A stretch of DNA of 38,086 nt from Pseudomonadota bacterium (GTDB lineage Bacteria; Pseudomonadota; Alphaproteobacteria; Rhodospirillales; Magnetospirillaceae): positions 1 through 38,086 of the forward strand of contig JAKAFA010000001.1 in the NCBI GenBank assembly GCA_021818185.1, in the 5' to 3' direction. Positions 22,140-29,641 of this stretch are shown here, piece by piece. The first letter of the stretch is position 1. Every line of letters starts with the position of its first letter. The translations under genes were made by a program, and so were the position numbers. The notes under the pieces were generated by a model. That model had not been told where the DNA came from, searched no databases, and was given only the letters and a program-made list of their open reading frames with translations.

Positions 22140-23561
22140 ATGGCGAATCCTGATCTGCGGGTTGTCCCGGTCGTGCTGTCGGGCGGGTCGGGGACCCGGC
22201 TGTGGCCCCTCTCGCGCGAGCTTTATCCCAAGCAATTGCAGCGGCTGCATTCCGAGCGCACCCTGTTGCAGGCCACCGTCGAGCGGGCCGGCGGGGCGCC
22301 GGTCGTGGTCTGCAACCACGAACACCGGTTCATCGTCGCCGAGCAATTGCGGGAAATCGGCGTCGAGCCGCGCGCCATCGTCATCGAGCCGGCGGGCCGC
22401 AACACCGCGCCGGCGGTGGCGGTGGCGGCGCTGAGCGTGGCCGACGATACGGATGCGGTGCTGCTGGTCATGCCCTCCGACCATGTGGTGCAGGACGCCG
22501 AGGCCTTCCGCCGCGCCGTGGCGGCCGGATTGCCCGCCGCCCGCGAGGGCCGGCTGGTGACCTTCGGCATCGTGCCGACCGAGCCCAATACCGGCTACGG
22601 CTACATCAATCGCGGCGCCGAATTGCTCCCTGGGGTGCATGCGGTCGAACGCTTCGTGGAAAAGCCCGACCTCGCCACCGCCACCCGCTATGTCGAATCC
22701 GGCGATTTCCTGTGGAACAGCGGCATTTTCCTGTTTCCGGTGGCGACGTTGCTGGCCGAGCTGGAGCGCCATCGGCCCGACATCCTGGCCGGCTGCCGCG
22801 AGGCCCTGGCCCGCGGCCAGCGCGACCTGGTCTTCTGCCGCCTCGATCCCGAATCCTTCGCCGCCATCGCCGGCCAGTCCATCGACCATGCGGTGATGGA
22901 GCGGACATCCGCCGCCGCGGTGGTGCCGGTCGAGATGGGCTGGTCGGATATCGGCTCGTGGTCGGCCCTATGGCAGCAGAGCCGCCCCGATGCCGACGGC
23001 AACGTGCTCCACGGCGACGTCCTGGCCCTCAATACCGCCAATTCGCTGGTGCGCAGCGAGCGGCACCTGGTGACCACCGTCGGGGTCAAGGATCTGGTGG
23101 TGGTCGCGACCGCCGACGCCGTGCTGGTGGCCGACAAGGCCCACGACCAGGACGTCAAGCTGGTGGTGGACCGCCTGAAGGCCACCGGCCGCACCGAGGC
23201 CACCGAGCCGCCGCGCGGCTATCGCCCCTGGGGCTGGTTCCAGACCCTGGATCAGGGCGACCGTTTCCGGGTCAAGCACATCCAGGTCAATCCCGGCGGC
23301 CGGCTCAGCCTGCAAAAGCACTGGCACCGCAGCGAGCATTGGGTGGTGGTTACCGGCACCGCCCTGGTGACCTGCGGCGAGGAAACCTTCGTACTGCGCG
23401 AGAACGAATCGACCTTCATCCCGGCCGGCACGGCGCATCGCCTGCACAATCCCGGCCGGGTGCCGTTGCGGATGATCGAGGTGCAATCGGGCGAATATGT
23501 CGGCGAGGACGACATCGTGCGCCTCGATGACCAATATGGCCGCGCCGAGTCCAAATCGTAG
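22140..23561 (+). CDS. manC: Mannose-1-phosphate guanylyltransferase / mannose-6-phosphate isomerase (type II PMI-GMP)
   Basis: 473-aa ORF containing ...VVLSGGSGTRLWPLSRELYPKQ...GYGYI...RPWGWF...VKHIQVNPGGRLSLQKHWHRSEHWVVV... Confidence 0.92.
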   Translation: MANPDLRVVPVVLSGGSGTRLWPLSRELYPKQLQRLHSERTLLQATVERAGGAPVVVCNHEHRFIVAEQLREIGVEPRAIVIEPAGRNTAPAVAVAALSVADDTDAVLLVMPSDHVVQDAEAFRRAVAAGLPAAREGRLVTFGIVPTEPNTGYGYINRGAELLPGVHAVERFVEKPDLATATRYVESGDFLWNSGIFLFPVATLLAELERHRPDILAGCREALARGQRDLVFCRLDPESFAAIAGQSIDHAVMERTSAAAVVPVEMGWSDIGSWSALWQQSRPDADGNVLHGDVLALNTANSLVRSERHLVTTVGVKDLVVVATADAVLVADKAHDQDVKLVVDRLKATGRTEATEPPRGYRPWGWFQTLDQGDRFRVKHIQVNPGGRLSLQKHWHRSEHWVVVTGTALVTCGEETFVLRENESTFIPAGTAHRLHNPGRVPLRMIEVQSGEYVGEDDIVRLDDQYGRAESKS

Positions 23562-23646
23562 CCTCCGCCGGCCGGCGGCGTGACAAAAGGCGGATGGCGA
23601 ACCCAGAGACGCCCTGCCGGGTTGACCTGGTCGGAGGTGCTGCGGC

Positions 23647-23981
23647 ATGGACCGGCCGGGGACGGGTGCGCAGGAGGACCGGACTCCGTCCGGCCTGACC
23701 GAGCCCGAGGCGCGCCACCGGCTGACCGCGACGGCCCGCGTGCGGCGCGGCGAGGCGACGGGCGAGGTCACCGCCACCGGTCCGCGTATGCCGCCAGCCA
23801 CCTGTCGGAGACGATCTTCCGCATCGTCCGTATCCTGGTGGTGATCGATGGCCTGCTGATCACCGCCCTGCTGGTCTATGCCGCCTGGGCGGACCTGCCG
23901 CATCGCGATGTGCCGCCCTTCGCGCTGATCCTGCGGGTCGCCTCGGTGCCGCCGAACCGGCGCGGTCGGGGGTGCTGCTGA
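23647..23981 (+). pseudogene. Frameshifted, truncated N-terminal remnant of a P-type cation ATPase
   Basis: Frame of ORF 23647 reads ...EDRTPSGLTEPEARHRLTA, the GLTxxEAxxRL motif of the cation-ATPase N-terminal domain. Near 23720 the high-GC3 signal moves to the frame of ORF 23580, which reads ...DGPRAA...HLSETIFRIVRILVVIDGLLITALLVYAAWADL (first TM helix-like). Only about 110 codons remain before a stop at 23981. Confidence 0.35.
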
Positions 23982-24017
23982 CGCGGCTGAAGGCCTGGAT
24001 TTTCCGTCGCCTTGCGG

Positions 24018-25133
24018 TCAGTTGACCGTGGCCTCGACGTCGCCGAGCTTCCGGCGCACCAGCCGGGCCAGGGCCAGACACGCGGTCAGGCCGGGGGATT
24101 CAATGCCGTAGAGCGCCACCACGCCGGGCTGCCCGTGCTCGGCCGGACCGTGGACCAGAAAATCGCCGGCCGGCTCGCCGGGCGCCTGGGTCTTGGGGCG
24201 GATACCGCAATAGGCGGGCTCCAGCCGCCCGTCCTCCAGGCCCGGCCAATAGCGGCGGATGGCCGCGTAGAAGGAGTCGGCCCGCTGCGGGTCCACGGTG
24301 TAATCCTCGGCATCGATCCACTGGACGTCGGGGCCGAAGCGGCCCCGTCCGGCCAGGTCCAGGGTGTAATGCACCCCCAGCCCGGCCTTGACCGGCATGG
24401 GGTAGACCAGTCGGCGGAACGGCATCTTGCCGGTCAGGGAGAAATAATTGCCCTTGCACAGGTAATCCCGTGGCACGCCGGCCAGGCCGCAGGCGCGGGC
24501 CAGCCGGCAGGCGCCGAGCCCGGCTGCCACCACCACGGTGCGGGCGGCCAGGAGCATGGGCTCGGCGCCGTCTACCGCCAGTTCCAGGCCCTCGTCCCGC
24601 GTCCGGCCGCCGCTCACCGGCGCGCGTAGCGCCAGTGTGGCGCCCGCCGCCTCGGCATCGGCCAGCAGGGCCAGCATCAGGGCATGGCTGTCGAGGATGG
24701 CGGTGTCGGCCGACAGCAGGGCGGCGGTGCAGGCCAGTTCCGGCTCCAACCGCTGCGCGTCGGCGGCCGACAGCGGCTCCAGCCCGCCGACGCCGTTGAC
24801 CCGGCCCTGCTCCCACAGGGCGGCCAGGCGTCGTTCCTCGTCCGCGTCGGTGGCGACGATCAGCTTGCCGACCGGCGCCAGCGCCACCCCGCTTCTGGCG
24901 GCATAGGTGCGAAGCATCCGGTTGCCCTCGACGCACAGCCGCGCCTTCAGGCTGCCGGTGGGGTAGTACATGCCGGCATGCACCACCTCGCTGTTGCGCG
25001 ACGAGATGCCGGTGCCGATGGCGTCCGCCGCCTCCAGCACCACCACCTCGCGGCCGGCCTGGGCCATCTCCCGCGCCACCGCCAGGCCCACGACCCCGGC
25101 GCCGATCACCGCGCAATCGATCCGTTCGGTCAC
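24018..25133 (-). CDS. FAD-dependent oxidoreductase, L-2-hydroxyglutarate dehydrogenase/oxidase-like
   Basis: Contains ...[30 protein letters not shown]...[22 protein letters not shown]... (Rossmann GxGxxG plus the family motif). GTG at 25133 is preceded by AAGGA. The ORF-track start at 25184 is a TTG. Confidence 0.8.
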   Translation of the reverse strand: MTERIDCAVIGAGVVGLAVAREMAQAGREVVVLEAADAIGTGISSRNSEVVHAGMYYPTGSLKARLCVEGNRMLRTYAARSGVALAPVGKLIVATDADEERRLAALWEQGRVNGVGGLEPLSAADAQRLEPELACTAALLSADTAILDSHALMLALLADAEAAGATLALRAPVSGGRTRDEGLELAVDGAEPMLLAARTVVVAAGLGACRLARACGLAGVPRDYLCKGNYFSLTGKMPFRRLVYPMPVKAGLGVHYTLDLAGRGRFGPDVQWIDAEDYTVDPQRADSFYAAIRRYWPGLEDGRLEPAYCGIRPKTQAPGEPAGDFLVHGPAEHGQPGVVALYGIESPGLTACLALARLVRRKLGDVEATVN

Positions 25134-25316
25134 ACTCCGGTCCTTTCCGCTGCCGACGTTCTGGCGCCGGGCAAGGTAGCGCAACCGTCCGATCCCCGAA
25201 AGCCGTCCCCCGACGGAATAGGGGGGATAGGCCGTCCGGGGCCGGCCGCTTCCGTTGCGGACGGGATGAAGGCCGGGGGGCGGCGGGCCACCTCAGAGGC
25301 GATGCGGAGGTGGCGA

Positions 25317-25985
25317 ATGAACAAGGTGGCAGTCCTCGCCGTCGGCACGGCGGCGCTGGCTTGGGGATCGGCGGCCCGGGGGCAATGTACCGACGGGGGG
25401 CAGGGCGGGCCCAGCCAGTTCTTTGCGCCGGACGTGGCCCACGCCTACATTTCCGAAATCGAACAGAAGCTGACGGAGCGGGGCTATTATCTTGGCCCCA
25501 TCGACGGCCAGGCCAATCCCGCCCTGCAATCGGCCATCTGCAAGCTTCAGGAGGATTTGGGCCAGCCGGCCCGCGGCGTTGCCGACCAGACGGTGGTTTA
25601 CGCGCTACGGTTCGGCCCGACCACTTTGGGTCCATTCTCCGGCGGGGCAGCGGTGGCGCCGGCCCCGCCGCCCAAGGCGGCCGACGCCGAGTCGCCGCCC
25701 AAGGCGGCCGGTGCCGATTTGCCGCCCAAGGCGGCCGGTGCCGATTTGCCGCCCAAGGCGGCCGACGCAGTGGAGCGATCCCTGCGCGACCTGCAGGCCG
25801 GCCTGGCCGCCAAGGGCTATTACACCGGGCCGGTCGATGGCGTTCCCCGGGCGGATCTGGCCAAGGCGGTGATCGCCTATGAGCGCGATGCCCACCAGGA
25901 CGGTGCCGCCCGGTCCGGCGAACCGCCGACGCCCGACGCGGCGCCGCAGCCGGCGGTGGCCATTCAACCGTCGCCGACGCAGTGA
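25317..25985 (+). CDS. Secreted protein with two peptidoglycan-binding-like modules flanking a PPKAA repeat linker
   Basis: ATG at 25317 follows GGAGGTGG and gives the signal peptide MNKVAVLAVGTAALAWGSAA. Two modules (...LTERGYYLGPIDGQANPALQSAICKLQ... and ...LAAKGYYTGPVDGVPRADLAKAVIAYE...) resemble PG_binding_1. The upstream part of ORF 24684..25985 is antisense noise. Confidence 0.65.
   Translation: MNKVAVLAVGTAALAWGSAARGQCTDGGQGGPSQFFAPDVAHAYISEIEQKLTERGYYLGPIDGQANPALQSAICKLQEDLGQPARGVADQTVVYALRFGPTTLGPFSGGAAVAPAPPPKAADAESPPKAAGADLPPKAAGADLPPKAADAVERSLRDLQAGLAAKGYYTGPVDGVPRADLAKAVIAYERDAHQDGAARSGEPPTPDAAPQPAVAIQPSPTQ
25667..25770 (+). repeat. 27-bp in-frame tandem repeat, about 3.8 copies
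   Basis: The unit GCCGCCCAAGGCGGCCGGTGCCGATTT is identical at 25694-25720 and 25721-25747. Diverged copies lie at 25667-25693 and 25748-25770. It encodes (PPKAAGADL)n. Confidence 0.9.
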
Positions 25986-26038
25986 TTTCTCTGCTAGGCT
26001 CGGTGTGGCTTTCAGCGGCGGAAGCGGGCAAATCCCTA

Positions 26039-26626
26039 ATGCAATTCTGGGTCTTCATCACCGACTTTGGGGACTCGGCCGTCACCTTGACATTGGCGGC
26101 GATGGCGCTGGTCTGGCTGGGTGTGGCGGCGCACGCCCGCTCGGCGTTCTGGATCTGGGGCGGCGGGATTGCCGCCTGCGGCCTGATCATGGCCGGGTTG
26201 AAGCTGCTGTTCCGCTCGTGCGGGCACCATTGGATCGATCAGGTGACCAGCCCCAGCGGCCATACCGCCATGAGCGCGGTGGTCTATGGCGGCCTGGTCC
26301 TGCTGGCCGGCCGCGGGGCCGGGCGGGTGCCGCAGGCCTTGCTGCTGCTGGCCGTGCTGGCGCTGGTGGCGGTCATCGGCGTCTCGCGCGTGGTGCTGAA
26401 CGTCCACAGCCTGCCCGAGGTGCTGATCGGCCTGGCGATCGGCACCGGGGTGACCCTGCTGATGCAACGCCGCCTGGCCGGCGGTCCGCCGGTGGCCGGG
26501 GTGGGCTGGCTGCTGGGCGGTGCGCTCATCCTTGCCGCCGCCCTGCACGGGGCGCATTGGCCCGTGGAGGTTGAGATCCGGGCGCTGGCCGCCTGGATCA
26601 GCGACAGCTTTCCCGCCTGCCGGTAG
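26039..26626 (+). CDS. PAP2-superfamily membrane protein (degenerate first motif)
   Basis: PSGH (motif 2) and SRVVLNVHSLPE (SRx5Hx3E, motif 3 with E in place of D) sit in a 5-6 TM protein. The ATG at 26039 (MQFWVFITDFGDSAV...) is preferred over the GTG at 25982. Confidence 0.6.
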   Translation: MQFWVFITDFGDSAVTLTLAAMALVWLGVAAHARSAFWIWGGGIAACGLIMAGLKLLFRSCGHHWIDQVTSPSGHTAMSAVVYGGLVLLAGRGAGRVPQALLLLAVLALVAVIGVSRVVLNVHSLPEVLIGLAIGTGVTLLMQRRLAGGPPVAGVGWLLGGALILAAALHGAHWPVEVEIRALAAWISDSFPACR

Positions 26627-26632
26627 TTGCCG

Positions 26633-27385
26633 CTAATGCAGCCGGTAGGTGATGGGAAGGTTGAAGACCATCCGGTTGGCGCCCAGGCCGGCCGGCAGGG
26701 GAGGGAACGGGGCGGCGGCGGTCACCGCGTCGAGCGAGGCGTGGACCAATCGGCTGGGGCCGTCCGCGACGGGGTGAACGTCGATCACCCGCCCGTCGGC
26801 GGCGACGGTGATGCGGAGCGTGATGGTGCCTTCTTCGCCCCGGCGCTGCGACATGATGGGGTAGGTCTTGTGCTGCTCCAGTTGCGCCAGCACCCGGCGG
26901 GCGTAGGCGGCCAGCAGGCGGTCGGGCGCCGGGCCGGCGGGGAGCGGCGGTGGTGAGGGTGCCGCGGGCCGGCCGGCCATCGCTTCCTGGACGGGCGCCT
27001 GCGGAAGTGGCGCCGGTTGGATGGGAGCCGGCTCCGTCGCCGCCGCGTGGACATGGACGGCGGCAGCGACCGGCGTGATGGTCCGGTGGACCGCCATTCG
27101 TCGCACATGGGGCGGCGCCGGGGCGGCGTGAACCCGTGCGGGATGGGCTGGCACGGGATGGACCGGGGCGGGATGGACTTGGGCGGCCGGCCTGGGGGCC
27201 GCGGTTTTCGGTTCGGCGGCTTTCGGTTCCGCGGGGTGCGGGGCGACCGCTGTCGGCGCCGGTTGCGGCCAGGTCAGGGTGACCTCCAGGACGTGGGGAG
27301 GCTCCTGGCGCGGCGCCGCCGGCTTCAGGGTGACCAGCGGCCACAGCACCGCCGCATGCACCGCCGAGGACAACACGAAAGCCAT
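26633..27385 (-). CDS. TonB-family energy transducer
   Basis: The ATG at 27385, after GGGGGGA, gives MAFVLSSAVHAAVLWPLV (N-terminal anchor), a Pro/His/Ala-rich linker and a TonB C-terminal domain (...YPIMSQRRGEEGTITLRITVAADGRVIDVH...SLDAVTAAAPFPPLP...). The ATG at 27445 is an alternative. The rest of the 517-aa ORF is antisense to the Cache gene. Confidence 0.75.
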   Translation of the reverse strand: MAFVLSSAVHAAVLWPLVTLKPAAPRQEPPHVLEVTLTWPQPAPTAVAPHPAEPKAAEPKTAAPRPAAQVHPAPVHPVPAHPARVHAAPAPPHVRRMAVHRTITPVAAAVHVHAAATEPAPIQPAPLPQAPVQEAMAGRPAAPSPPPLPAGPAPDRLLAAYARRVLAQLEQHKTYPIMSQRRGEEGTITLRITVAADGRVIDVHPVADGPSRLVHASLDAVTAAAPFPPLPAGLGANRMVFNLPITYRLH

Positions 27386-27595
27386 TCCCCCCGACAGGCC
27401 GGGAGAGCGGCGGCACGGATGAGGCGGGCGGCTGAACGGCACCATGGCGTCAGTATGCGAGGCGGGCCAGGGCCATCCAATGCGACCTTGGTCCCACAGC
27501 GCCGGCGCCGCCCCGGTCGTACGCCAAAGGTCGAAATGCGGTCCACTCTGTCCGGCGATAGGATGAATATGCAGACTTTGAGAGGGGATTTGGAA

Positions 27596-28069
27596 ATGAC
27601 GCGCTTGATCTCGCTTCTCGCCGCCCTGGTTCTGGCGCTGACCGGGACCGTCGCCATGGCCGGGGAGCACATGGCCACCGAACACCATTCGCGGCGCGAT
27701 GCCGAAATGCTGTTGGCCAAGGCGGTGGAGAAGCTGAAGGCCGATGGGCCCAAGAAGGCCTTTGCCGCGTTCGACGACCGCAAGGGCGGCTTCGTGGAAG
27801 ACGAGCTTTATGTCTTCGCCTTCAATATGAAGGGGACGTACATGGCGTCCGGCGCCGATCCCAAGTTGGTCGGCACCGATGCCTATGACCTGAAGAGCCG
27901 CGACGGCAAGTATCTGGTCCGCGAGATGATCGCCAAGGCCAAGAAAAATGGTCAGGGCGAAGTCGATTACGCCTGGCTGGACCGGGGCGACAATCAGGTC
28001 GAACACAAGCGCTCCCTGATCCGCCGCGTCGGCGATTATATCGTCGGCGTCGGGTATTACGCGGACTAA
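27596..28069 (+). CDS. Small periplasmic single-Cache-domain protein
   Basis: The ATG at 27596 gives the signal peptide MTRLISLLAALVLALTGTVAMA. Next comes a Cache-like pattern ...ELYVFAFNMKGTYMASGADPKLVGTDAYDLKSRDGKYLVREM...GEVDYAWLD...YIVGVGYY. It has no output domain. Confidence 0.6.
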   Translation: MTRLISLLAALVLALTGTVAMAGEHMATEHHSRRDAEMLLAKAVEKLKADGPKKAFAAFDDRKGGFVEDELYVFAFNMKGTYMASGADPKLVGTDAYDLKSRDGKYLVREMIAKAKKNGQGEVDYAWLDRGDNQVEHKRSLIRRVGDYIVGVGYYAD

Positions 28070-28084
28070 GACTTCCGCCGCCCG

Positions 28085-28117
28085 CCCAGGCGCCGCGCAG
28101 CTTGCCCGGCGCCTGGG
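28085..28117 (+). terminator. Hairpin after the Cache gene (possible terminator, no clear U-tract)
   Basis: 11-bp stem CCCAGGCGCCG (28085-28095) / CGGCGCCTGGG (28107-28117) with an 11-nt loop. Confidence 0.3.
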
Positions 28118-28182
28118 AGCGGCTGCCGGGCCGTTCTTCCGGCCATCGGTCAAGGTGAAGGGTGCGCTACACCCGCATATAT

Positions 28183-28419
28183 TCATAGCGCTGCCCTCTC
28201 TATCATACCCAGGACCTCCGTTTTATTTGGATCAACGCCCGAGGCCCGGATCTGGCCCAAGATCCGCTGCGGCTGCGTTTGCCTTCCATTGGCAAGCTGG
28301 GTGATTGAACCTTTTTCCAATACGCGGCGGACGCGCGGCGGGGTAGCGTAGCGACACCGCCGGTCGAGGTCCGGCGGCGTGATGGCGGAGACGGTGATGG
28401 GGTCGGCGGGAAATACCAT
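28183..28419 (-). CDS. Possible small XRE-type HTH protein in a lower-GC patch
   Basis: The 78-aa reading MVFPADP...RVRRVLEKGSITQLANGRQTQPQRILGQIRASGVDPNKTEVLGMIERAAL fits the XRE pattern (R..L...G.TQ..LA...G..Q..I..I..G...P....L......AL). By hand count about three quarters of its codons end in G/C, compared with almost all codons in neighbouring genes. Confidence 0.3.
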   Translation of the reverse strand: MVFPADPITVSAITPPDLDRRCRYATPPRVRRVLEKGSITQLANGRQTQPQRILGQIRASGVDPNKTEVLGMIERAAL

Positions 28420-28501
28420 TCTGCGAGCGCCCGGTGTATACTTCTGGTATCCGGCCTTATCGGAGGGCGGGGCCTCGCTCGGGGGGGTAGATCCAACGTC
28501 G

Positions 28502-29641
28502 ATGATCGCGGGCATCAAGCGCGGCTTCTCGCAGCAGAAGGGGGCGCGGCAGGCGGTCGCCGAGCTGCGCGCCCAGATCCAGCAGCCCGACCCGGCGCTG
28601 GTGGTGTTCTTTTGTTCTGCCGATTACGACCGCGACGAACTGGCCGCCGCCATGCGCGAGGCCTTTCCCGGCATGCCGGTGGTCGGTTGCACCACCGCGG
28701 GCGAGATCACGCCGGTGGGCTATCGCAAGGGAACCCTGACCGGGATTTCCCTGTCGCGCCAGGTCTGCCGTGCCGAGGCGGTGCTGGTCGAGCAGTTGGA
28801 CACCTTCGCTTTCAGCCGCGGCCTGGATGCGGTGCGGTCGCTGTGTTCCTCCATGGCGACGGCGGCCGGCCCCGGCTTCGCGGCCCGCAGTTTCGCCATG
28901 CTGATGGTCGACGGCATGTCGGGGGCCGAGGACGCGGTGCTGTCGGCCCTGCATGCCGGCCTGGTGGACATCCCGCTGTTCGGCGGCTCGGCCGGCGACG
29001 ACCTGGCCTTCCGGCGGACCTTCGTGTTCAAGGACGGCGCCTTTCATGCCAATGCGGCGGTGCTGATCCTGATCCACACCGCCTGTCCGTTCCGGGTGTT
29101 CAAGACCCAGCATTTCGTCGGATCGGACGTCAAGATGGTCATCACCGGCGCCGATCCGGTGAAACGGGTGGTCACCGAAATCAACGCCGAGCCGGCCGGG
29201 CGGGAATTCGCCCGCATGGTCGGATTGCGGGTCGCCGAGCTGTCGCCGATGATCTTCGCCACCCATCCGGTGGCGGTGAAGGTGGGGGGGGCCGACTACG
29301 TGCGCTCGATCCAGAAGGTCAACCCCGACGGCAGCCTGTCGTTCTTCTGCGCCATCGACGAGGGCTTGGTGCTGTCGGTGGGGCGCAGCATCGATCCCTA
29401 TGACAATCTCCGCCAGGTCTTCGCCGACATCGAGGCGGAGATCGGCCGGCCGCAGTTGATCCTGGGCTGCGAATGCGTGCTGCGCCTGCTGGAGATGGAG
29501 CGCCGCGATCTCAAGGAACGGATGGGCGACCTGCTGGCCACCAACGGGGTGGTCGGCTTCAACACCTACGGCGAGCAGTTCAACGCCATGCATGTGAACC
29601 AGACCTTCACCGGCGTCGCCCTGGGGTGCTCGCAGCGATGA
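28502..29641 (+). CDS. FIST-domain sensor protein (NosP-like)
   Basis: A ~380-aa soluble protein from the ATG at 28502 (MIAGIKRGFSQQKGARQAV...). It has the typical FIST_N/FIST_C layout (...LVVFFCSADYD...PVVGCTTAGEI...FGGSAGDD...GFNTYGEQ...). Its stop overlaps the kinase start (ATGA). The ORF-track start at 28379 is an alternative. Confidence 0.75.
   Translation: MIAGIKRGFSQQKGARQAVAELRAQIQQPDPALVVFFCSADYDRDELAAAMREAFPGMPVVGCTTAGEITPVGYRKGTLTGISLSRQVCRAEAVLVEQLDTFAFSRGLDAVRSLCSSMATAAGPGFAARSFAMLMVDGMSGAEDAVLSALHAGLVDIPLFGGSAGDDLAFRRTFVFKDGAFHANAAVLILIHTACPFRVFKTQHFVGSDVKMVITGADPVKRVVTEINAEPAGREFARMVGLRVAELSPMIFATHPVAVKVGGADYVRSIQKVNPDGSLSFFCAIDEGLVLSVGRSIDPYDNLRQVFADIEAEIGRPQLILGCECVLRLLEMERRDLKERMGDLLATNGVVGFNTYGEQFNAMHVNQTFTGVALGCSQR

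Noticed and set aside
25667-25770. Tandem repeats here and at 37986..38086 considered as CRISPR arrays
   Set aside because: The units are directly adjacent with no spacers, lie in frame inside coding sequence, and no cas genes are present.
24100-26190. 696-aa minus-strand ORF, and the 5' two-thirds of the + ORF 24684..25985
   Set aside because: They are out of frame or antisense relative to the flavoenzyme gene and the secreted PG-binding protein. Only the 25317..25985 part of the + ORF has an SD, a signal peptide and domain-like sequence.
27386-28186. N-terminal ~265 codons of the 517-aa minus ORF containing TonB; likewise + ORF 27017..27595 upstream of the Cache gene
   Set aside because: The extension runs antisense through the Cache-domain gene. 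TonB has a good internal start with an SD-like run and the expected N-terminal anchor. The Cache protein begins at its signal peptide (27596).
29473-29637. Upstream 55 codons of the kinase ORF (start at 29473)
   Set aside because: They overlap the FIST gene out of frame. The ATG at 29638 forms an ATGA coupling junction with the FIST stop and begins a sensible coiled-coil N-terminus.
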